From a virus (Duplodnaviria > Caudoviricetes), in IMG/VR virus record IMGVR_UViG_3300037467_001237, positions 6,370 to 70,369 of that record: a DNA stretch of 64,000 nt; one strand, given 5' to 3'. Positions 17,906-24,622 of this stretch are shown here, piece by piece. The stretch's first letter is position 1. Each line of letters opens with the position of its first letter. The position numbers were made by a program, and so were the translations under genes. The notes beneath the pieces are model-generated. The model was not told the origin of the DNA, did not search any database, and saw nothing but the letters and a program-made list of their open reading frames with translations.

Positions 17906-18469
17906 ATGAAAATCGTTGAAGTGGATCTGGTCTCGACCGCCCCGTATTCGCAGTCGTACAAGCACGACACTCCGAAGAAGGACAAGGAGAGCGCCGACGA
18001 CCACGAGAAGCGCACTTGGCGGGAGAAATGCACGACTGACGCCGAAGGGAATATTCAGATCCCGGCCATGGCATTCAAGCAGGCGCTCGACAGCGTCGCG
18101 AAGCGCATGGGCATCCAGGTCCCCGGCCGCGGCAAGAACACCTACACCAAGCACTTCCTCGGCGGCGTGATCTGCGAGTCCGATGTGGCGATCGGCTATC
18201 ACAAGGACACGGTCCCAAGCATCACGATCAGCGCCAACTCTGACGGCGTCCGCGGATCGGGCAAGCGCGTATCGCGCACCTTTCCGCAGGTCCCGGAGTG
18301 GAAGGGAACCGCTCGGTTCGTCATCCTCGACGACACGGTCACGACTGAGGTCTTTGAGAAGCATCTCGTCGAGGCCGGTCGCTTCATCGGCATCGGCCGC
18401 TTCCGCCCCGAGAAGGGCGGCCTCAATGGGCGCTTCCGTCCGACCGCGTTCCGCTGGTCGGACATCTAA
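17906..18469 (+). CDS. RAMP/Cas7-like protein (Vipr-like, locus 1)
   Basis: N-terminal strand VDLVSTAPY, IPAMAFKQAL (cf. RAMP IPGSSLKGAL), Gly-rich loop AGRFIGIGRFRPEKGGLNGRF; embedded between arrays. Confidence 0.75.
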   Translation: MKIVEVDLVSTAPYSQSYKHDTPKKDKESADDHEKRTWREKCTTDAEGNIQIPAMAFKQALDSVAKRMGIQVPGRGKNTYTKHFLGGVICESDVAIGYHKDTVPSITISANSDGVRGSGKRVSRTFPQVPEWKGTARFVILDDTVTTEVFEKHLVEAGRFIGIGRFRPEKGGLNGRFRPTAFRWSDI

Positions 18470-18480
18470 ATAAGCTTCCC

Positions 18481-18799
18481 CGCGCTGCGCGACGCGACAC
18501 ACCGCAACTCGTCGCTCCGCATCGCATCGCAACGCCTCGCAACGCAACGAAGGTGCCCAGCACCAGCCGCCTCCGAAAGGGGGTGGCTCATGGTGGGCAA
18601 CCACCGAACTGCACCGCCCCGCAACGCAACGCAGCGCTACGCGCCGCAACTCACCACAACACCCCGCAACGGGTGCCCAGCACCAGCCGCCTCCGAAAGG
18701 GGGTGGCTCATGGTGGGCAACCACCGAACTGCACCGCGCAGCGCGACGCGGCGCCTCGCATCACAGTGCAACGCATCTCAACGCAACGCGACGTCCTAA
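18481..18799 (+). ncRNA. CGC-NN pentamer array B (tracts 18481-18550, 18610-18670, 18732-18793) separated by identical 54-nt modules
   Basis: 14 in-phase NN-CNC units at 18481-18550 (last unit cga); modules 18552-18605 and 18672-18725 are identical. Confidence 0.85.
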
Positions 18800-18812
18800 C
18801 CCGGAGATCTCA

Positions 18813-19310
18813 ATGTCCGAAAAGCCCACCTACCAGATGAGCGTCGACAGTCGGCTCGTCTATCAGGCTATGAAGAAGGTCGAGGTCGGCGCGTCGATCA
18901 CGCACCAGGCGCTTCAGGAGGCGACGTCCCGCAAGCTGAGCCAGATCCGGGACTCGATCAGGACTGCCATCCGGCGCCTGCGCAAGGATGACGGCATGGT
19001 CTTCGTCAGCGTCCGTGGCGTCGGCTACAAGCGCTGCACCGACGAGGACATCGTCGACAACTCCATTTCGGACACGGGCGCGGTTCGCCGCAAGGCGCGG
19101 GTCGCCGTCGAGCGGCTGACCAAGGTCCGCGACTACGCCGCCCTGCCGCCCAAGAAGCAACTCGAGCACACCACGCGCCTCTCCGTGCTCGGCGTGATCG
19201 CCAGCATGACGCGCGAACCGGCGATGGAACGGGTCCGGCAGGCTGCGAACGGTCGTGCGAGCGAACTGCCGATTGCTGAAACGCTCCGCGCATTCCAGGA
19301 GCGGGCCTGA
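18813..19310 (+). CDS. Array-associated hypothetical protein (possible winged-helix)
   Basis: Starts just after array B with GGAG RBS; ITHQALQEATSR...VSVRGVGYKR. Confidence 0.65.
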   Translation: MSEKPTYQMSVDSRLVYQAMKKVEVGASITHQALQEATSRKLSQIRDSIRTAIRRLRKDDGMVFVSVRGVGYKRCTDEDIVDNSISDTGAVRRKARVAVERLTKVRDYAALPPKKQLEHTTRLSVLGVIASMTREPAMERVRQAANGRASELPIAETLRAFQERA

Positions 19311-20242
19311 TGCCCCGCCGTGCTTGGACCGGCTCGGACCGGAAGTGGCTGGCCGAGAACTATCAGAAGCTCGGCGCCAAGGCATGCGCTGAGCATTTGG
19401 GCAACGCGACCGTCGGTGGCGTGCGCGACTTCGCTCAGAAGCACGGCTTCACCCGGCGCGCCGCGGACATCCAGTACCCCCCGTCGGACTTTGTCGACGC
19501 CGCGATCCGGCGCTGCCATGCGAGCGGCAGCGCCCAGCCGTGGACTGATGCCTCGCGGCAGGTCGGCCGCCCAGTGCGGTGGGTGCGCAAGCGCGCGGAG
19601 GCGCTGGGCCTGCGGGTCCGACGTGAGCGCTCCCCTTGGACGAAGGGCGAGACGGACTTCGTTCTCAAGCGCCTGCACTGGCCGGCTCACCGGATCGCGG
19701 CCGAGATGCAGGAGAACGGCTGGAAGCGGACGCTGCACGCCGTCCAGCACTTCCTGCGGAGCCAGGGGCTGCAAAGGAGCGATACGAGCCACATGACCGC
19801 TGAAGGGGCGGCCGCAGCGCTTGGCGTCGCCCTGTCCTCGCTGCGGCGGTGGATCGACACGGGGCTACTGATCGCCGAGCGCCGCGACCCGACCCCCGGT
19901 GGCTACAAGTCGATCGCCATCGCCGAGGAGGATCTCGCGGCCTTCATCCTCCTCAATCCCGAGCGGATCGATTTCATCAAGATCGAGCGCGCCCGGACCA
20001 AGACGTGGTTCCTCGACCTGATCTCCCGCTTTCCGAAGCCGCCATCCAAGATGGACGACTATCTGCGCCGCCAGATCGCGTCGCTGCGCACGTTCCGCCC
20101 GGACTTCGACAATGAGCGGATCGCGACGACGCTGGGCGTCGAGGAGAAGACCGTGCGCGAGGCTGTGGCTCACGCACGTGAGATCGAGCGTCAACGCGTC
20201 CTCGCGCGCGCGCAGCGTCGCGAACAGAGGGAAGCTGCGTGA
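19310..20242 (+). CDS. Multi-HTH DNA-binding protein
   Basis: Repeated W(T/S)..E..(W/F)L motifs and MTAEGAAAALGVALSSLRRWIDTGLL excisionase-like HTH. Confidence 0.6.
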   Translation: MPRRAWTGSDRKWLAENYQKLGAKACAEHLGNATVGGVRDFAQKHGFTRRAADIQYPPSDFVDAAIRRCHASGSAQPWTDASRQVGRPVRWVRKRAEALGLRVRRERSPWTKGETDFVLKRLHWPAHRIAAEMQENGWKRTLHAVQHFLRSQGLQRSDTSHMTAEGAAAALGVALSSLRRWIDTGLLIAERRDPTPGGYKSIAIAEEDLAAFILLNPERIDFIKIERARTKTWFLDLISRFPKPPSKMDDYLRRQIASLRTFRPDFDNERIATTLGVEEKTVREAVAHAREIERQRVLARAQRREQREAA

Positions 20243-20823
20243 TGCGCAACCGTCCTGTCACCGGCCCGGAGATCGAGCGCATGCGCGCGATGGCGCGCGA
20301 TGGCGCCTCGCTGATGGAGATCGCCGAAGCCGTCGGCCGCTCCAACACGGCGGTCCGCAAGCACGCGGGCGACCTGATCCCGATCAGACGCGTGTCGCAG
20401 CGGGAGATCGAGCGCATCCGGGCGATGGCTCGGGACGGCGTGCGGCTGACGCACATCGCTAGAGCGGTGAAGCGGAGCCAGGCGGTGATCCGCAAGTATG
20501 CCGACGACCTGATCCCGCTCGGGCAACGGCCCGTCGCCGATCTCGAGCGCATCCTCGACTTGGCGCGCGCCGGCCGATCGGTCGCCTTCATCGCGGCCGA
20601 AGTGGAGTGCAGCGAGGCGTGCGTCTGGAGGCATACCCGCGCGATCCGAAAGCAGCGTCGCCGCGCCCGACTTGAGCGCCTGCTGCGCGACTACGAACGG
20701 GCCGACCCCGGACAGATCCACGCGCTCGCGACGCGCTTCGGGTACGCGAGCGCCGCCTCGCTCAGCGTGACCGTCCACCACATCCGCAAGCAGATGCGCG
20801 CCGAGATGAGAGAGGCCGCCTGA
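20242..20823 (+). CDS. Protein with tandem HTH repeats
   Basis: Repeats EIERMRAMARDGASLMEIAEAVGRS / EIERIRAMARDGVRLTHIARAVKRS. Confidence 0.7.
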   Translation: MRNRPVTGPEIERMRAMARDGASLMEIAEAVGRSNTAVRKHAGDLIPIRRVSQREIERIRAMARDGVRLTHIARAVKRSQAVIRKYADDLIPLGQRPVADLERILDLARAGRSVAFIAAEVECSEACVWRHTRAIRKQRRRARLERLLRDYERADPGQIHALATRFGYASAASLSVTVHHIRKQMRAEMREAA

Positions 20824-21155
20824 TGTCCGCCCCCTGCCCCCTCACCCCGAACAAGGCATTGCAGGCGCTTGGGCTGCCAGCGCGAGCTTACAACGCGCTG
20901 CGCGCCTGCCTGCCGGACATCACCGTCGAAGAACTCCGCGGCATGTCCGAGGAGCGGCTGATGTGCATCCCCGGCATGGGGCAGCGCAGCGCCCGAGCCG
21001 TGGTGGAGGCCGTCACCCCGCCCCCGGCGGACGAGGCCGAGCAGATCGATCGCTGGGTGGCCGGGCACAGGACCCTGCTCCTGGCGCTCGCCCGCGGCGA
21101 GGCGCTCGTCCTGCCGCTGAGCAGCTTCATTCTTTCGCAGAGTGCGCAGCAATGA
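20823..21155 (+). CDS. RNA polymerase alpha-CTD-like protein
   Basis: LGLPARAYNAL...TVEELRGMSEERLMCIPGMGQRS matches the alphaCTD pattern LSVRS.NCL...L....L...PN.G.KS. Confidence 0.75.
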   Translation: MSAPCPLTPNKALQALGLPARAYNALRACLPDITVEELRGMSEERLMCIPGMGQRSARAVVEAVTPPPADEAEQIDRWVAGHRTLLLALARGEALVLPLSSFILSQSAQQ

Positions 21156-21724
21156 ACGCCCGACCCGACCCCTACGCGATCATCGCTGCGCTGCGCGAGG
21201 AGAACGAGATCCTGCGCTGGGAGCTGGAGGATCTGCGCGCGACCATTGCGCCGCCGATGACGTTTCCGATCGCATGGCGGCTCACGCAACAGGAGAGCGC
21301 CGTGCTGGCGGTAATCCTCGGGGCGAGCCCCGCTGTCGCGACATTCGAGCGCCTGGCTTACGCGATCTACGGCGAGGGCGCGCCCGACACTGCGCGCAAC
21401 TGCATCGCGGCCTTTGTGGTGCGACTGCGTCGTAAGCTCGCCGCCGCGGGGCTCTGCCCGGCAATCCAGACTACGGCGGGGAAAGGATACCAGATCAGCG
21501 CCGCCGATCGGGGTCTCTTGCTTGCAGAGCCGGGCGCTGATGAGCCGCTCTGGTGGGCCACCGCACGCCGCATGCATGCGAATGGCGCGACCTACCCGCA
21601 AATCGCTGCCGCATGCCGCAAGCGCCCCGACGCCGTGCGCCGCTTCCTTAACCCGGAGCGGCGGTCCTACGACATTGAGCGGAAGCGCCGAGGGCGCCGG
21701 CTCGCATCGGGGAAGGCTGCCTGA
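21152..21724 (+). CDS. Winged-helix regulator (OmpR C-terminal-like)
   Basis: LTQQESAVL, IAAFVVRLRRKL, IQTTAGKGYQI. Confidence 0.75.
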   Translation: MNARPDPYAIIAALREENEILRWELEDLRATIAPPMTFPIAWRLTQQESAVLAVILGASPAVATFERLAYAIYGEGAPDTARNCIAAFVVRLRRKLAAAGLCPAIQTTAGKGYQISAADRGLLLAEPGADEPLWWATARRMHANGATYPQIAAACRKRPDAVRRFLNPERRSYDIERKRRGRRLASGKAA

Positions 21725-22269
21725 TGGGCGAGCGCAAGCGCCGGCAGGCCGCCGGCTACGTCCCGCCGCCCCAGTTGACCGAGCGTCAGCGGATCGAGTT
21801 GTCGATCCCCGCCGCGCTGGTCGCCGCCCTCGCCTATGCGAACGTGTTCGGCGGCGACGACGCGGAGGAAGTCGAGCGGCAGTCTAAGCACCTGCAAGGG
21901 CTCGTCATCGCCGGCTTGACGGAGCCGTTCGCCGATCTGTCCGGCGCTCACAAGCGCCGGCTGATCACCGCCACGACCGATCTGTGCCGGAGTTGCATCG
22001 CCGAGATGGGCTGGGAGAACCAGCCCTCGGTCAAGTTCGCGATGAGCTACTACTACTGGATCGAGGACCTGCTGAGCAGAGGCGTCCTTGAACTCGCCGA
22101 GGGCTCGGCGATGGGCGAGGCTCTGACGATGCTTCTCCCGATGATGTCCCATGGCTTCGAGCACGAGGCACGGGACGCCAGCGCCCAGAAGCAGGCGCGC
22201 AAGCTCCTGCGCTGGCTCCAGGGACGCGGGTTCTATGCCGAGGCGGTGAATGAACGGGAGGCGGCGTGA
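21724..22269 (+). CDS. Hypothetical protein (181 aa)
   Basis: Coupled ORF. Confidence 0.65.
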   Translation: MGERKRRQAAGYVPPPQLTERQRIELSIPAALVAALAYANVFGGDDAEEVERQSKHLQGLVIAGLTEPFADLSGAHKRRLITATTDLCRSCIAEMGWENQPSVKFAMSYYYWIEDLLSRGVLELAEGSAMGEALTMLLPMMSHGFEHEARDASAQKQARKLLRWLQGRGFYAEAVNEREAA

Positions 22270-22347
22270 TGCCGCCTCGCACAGCAGGAATTATCTTTTC
22301 GTCCCCTCCCTATGCCGCTAGAACTCTAGCAGCATAGGAACATAGCA

Positions 22348-22998
22348 ATGAAAACTGTGAGCTTCGTCAGCCTCAAAGGGGGCACATCGAAATCGACGCT
22401 CGCCCGGCACGTCGCCGTGGCGGCGACCCGAGCCGGGCACCGCGTCGTGGTCATGGACTGCGATCAGCAGGCGACGCTCCGCGATTGGGGGCAGGAGCGC
22501 ACAGGGCCGCCCGAGGTCATCGGGGAGACCTCGACCTCGCGCCGGTACGTCGAGATGGCGTTGGAGAAGCTGCGCAAGGCCGGAACCGACATCGTCTTGA
22601 TCGACACGCCCGGCGCCTTCGAGGGGGGCTACTCCGCCAACGCCATTGCGCTCGCCGACTTTGTGATCGTCCCATGCCGGCCGACCGGCGAGGACACGGC
22701 GACCTTCTGGGAGACCGAGCAGCGCGTGACGGAAGCGCGCAAGCCGTTCGGCGCCGTCATCAGTCAGGCGCCAACTACGACCCAGAAGCCGGCTGTCGAC
22801 CTGATGGCGCTGTTCGTCGAGAGCGGCGTGCGTGTCTGCCCGGTGCCGGTCCACCTTCGGCAGATCATCGCCAATTCGTATGCAGGCGGCAAAACCGTCT
22901 TTGAGGTCCCCACCGAAAGCGAGTCCGACCGCCGCGCCGTTCACGAGATGACCGCGGTTTGGACGTGGCTCGCCGGCAGCATCGGAGTGAAGGCATGA
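22348..22998 (+). CDS. parA: ParA family partition ATPase (type Ib, short)
   Basis: SLKGGTSKST deviant Walker A, VMDCDQQ, LIDTPG, ADFVIVP. Confidence 0.92.
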   Translation: MKTVSFVSLKGGTSKSTLARHVAVAATRAGHRVVVMDCDQQATLRDWGQERTGPPEVIGETSTSRRYVEMALEKLRKAGTDIVLIDTPGAFEGGYSANAIALADFVIVPCRPTGEDTATFWETEQRVTEARKPFGAVISQAPTTTQKPAVDLMALFVESGVRVCPVPVHLRQIIANSYAGGKTVFEVPTESESDRRAVHEMTAVWTWLAGSIGVKA

Positions 22999-23207
22999 GT
23001 GTCCTGAAGGGCCGTCCGCCGCGCAAGGATGCGCCGGCTACAAAGTCGGCGGGCCGCAGCACGCTTCCCGACGACGCCAAAATCACAATCGCGACGCGCG
23101 TCACGAACGCCCAGCACACCCGCATGAAGATCGTCGCGGCACAGAACCGGATCAGCGTCGAGGAGGCGTATCGTGCTGCGATTGATGCATATTTACGGAA
23201 CTTCTAG
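22995..23207 (+). CDS. ParG-like ribbon-helix-helix partner
   Basis: Overlaps the parA stop; ITIATRVT...MKIVAAQNRISVEE RHH pattern. Confidence 0.65.
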   Translation: MSVLKGRPPRKDAPATKSAGRSTLPDDAKITIATRVTNAQHTRMKIVAAQNRISVEEAYRAAIDAYLRNF

Positions 23208-23266
23208 CTTGCTAGGATGATATAATTATAGGATTATACGCAAGTAGGAACGTAACGGAGGCCACT

Positions 23267-23500
23267 ATGCGCGGCATGTTCGTGGGCGAGTTCATCCCTA
23301 TGGATGACGAGGAGGCATCGAGGACGGAGCAGTCGGAGAGCGAACTCAAGACCGTCACGACCGCGATCCGGCGCGATCTCTGGAAGCAGTTGAACCTCCT
23401 GGCAGTCGAGGAGGAATGCACTATCCAATCGCTGATGAACCTCGCTGTCTGGCACTTGCTCAAGAGCAAGGGCCGTGCGGTCGGTGAGCTGCCGAAGTAG
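23267..23500 (+). CDS. Ribbon-helix-helix protein
   Basis: KTVTTAIRRDLWKQLNLLAVEEECTIQSL. Confidence 0.65.
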   Translation: MRGMFVGEFIPMDDEEASRTEQSESELKTVTTAIRRDLWKQLNLLAVEEECTIQSLMNLAVWHLLKSKGRAVGELPK

Positions 23501-23810
23501 GGCCGCATGCCTACCTGTGGATCAGCGTTGACATCTCGCCGCAGCTCGGCCGACATGGCGGGTCACGGCCGTCTCGCTCTAGCGAGTCGGCCCGGATCAG
23601 GAGACCATCGCCGCGAGATAGAGACCCTGAAAAGCCAACAGCCCCTTCCCGGCAAGGAAGAGGCTGCTGAAAACCTGGGGCCGTGTAGGGCCAACCGACA
23701 ATCCCTACACAGCCACACGACCCCCTCGGGAGTCAAGTCGAAACATATGTTTCGGCCACAGGAGAGGCTTGCCTGGACCCTGGACCGCGGCCCGACAGGG
23801 ACCGTGAAGG

Positions 23811-24326
23811 ATGAAGTACCGCCTACCGCGCGTGATCGCGCAGCGCCTGACCGAGGCATGCCGGGGCTTGCGGAACGGGGAGGCCGTGATGCAGCTCGCC
23901 CGCTTCCTCGCCCGATTCCACACCGCGCCAGGGAAGCTCGGTCGATCCTTCCCCGTGGACCGGATCGCGCTCTCGGCTCACGCCGAGCTGGACCTGTCGG
24001 CAGCCCAGATCCGGGGCGCCCTGGCCGTCCTGGAGCGCGAGGGGTTCGTGACCCGCGAGGCCGTCCAGGGATCACCGTATCGCAGGACGGCGGCCGGGCT
24101 CCGGCGCAAGCCGACACAGTGGCGGATCGGGGCCGTGTTCGAGGTGCTGTTCGCGGCCCTCAACAAGGCCGTTCTGGCTCGCCGGGCGAAGGTCGAGCGG
24201 CGGCTGCTCGCCAGAAAACAAACCCCAGCGAGAGCGGTACTTTCTGGCGAGCAGGTTTTGAGCCCGCTCGACGCCGCCTTGGCGAAGTGGGAGCGGGCCG
24301 TCGTCGGACCGAGCGGCGCGTCATGA
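23811..24326 (+). CDS. Putative plasmid-type replication/wHTH protein
   Basis: LSAAQIRGALAVLEREGFVTR wHTH; follows the par cassette; family recognition from memory only. Confidence 0.45.
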   Translation: MKYRLPRVIAQRLTEACRGLRNGEAVMQLARFLARFHTAPGKLGRSFPVDRIALSAHAELDLSAAQIRGALAVLEREGFVTREAVQGSPYRRTAAGLRRKPTQWRIGAVFEVLFAALNKAVLARRAKVERRLLARKQTPARAVLSGEQVLSPLDAALAKWERAVVGPSGAS

Positions 24327-24382
24327 CGGGGGCGCATGGGCCTGCCGTGCCGGAAATCCGGTCGGTTTGCCGACAGCGGGCG

Positions 24383-24559
24383 CTACGGTTGCGGACTAGG
24401 CCCCTTGGCCCTCGAGCGGCGCTTCAGTTCACGCCCGATAGCCTCACGGATCAGGTCAAGCCGCGCCTCGCCTTCCGCAAGCGCGGCGTCGATCTGGTCG
24501 GCCACCTCCTGCGACAGCGGCAGCGTCAGGCGAACCGGGTATAGCTTTTTTCTCGGCAT
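24383..24559 (-). CDS. CopG-like RHH protein
   Basis: MPRKKLYPVRLTLPLSQEVADQID...LIREAI. Confidence 0.65.
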   Translation of the reverse strand: MPRKKLYPVRLTLPLSQEVADQIDAALAEGEARLDLIREAIGRELKRRSRAKGPSPQP

Positions 24560-24622
24560 GGGCTCTTGTTTCGTACATACGACACGGCTATAACATATAT
24601 ACGAAACGAGGAGAGAGCAACA

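Noticed and set aside
17642-18799. Canonical CRISPR array (54-nt repeats with 60-75 nt spacers)
   Set aside because: The spacers are themselves phased pentamer repeats, the repeat is too long and multi-hairpin, and no cas1/cas2/cas3 is present. The Cas4-like gene at 12069 belongs to the replication module.
17283-18840. ORF-track peptides across the arrays (e.g. 17512-17919, 17624-17893, 18553-18840 and antisense ORFs)
   Set aside because: Low-complexity AATQRNA/RCVAL-type translations of the pentamers; no RBS logic; covariation indicates RNA structure instead.
23507-23810. Iteron array for a plasmid origin
   Set aside because: No clear tandem direct repeats seen; only one hairpin.
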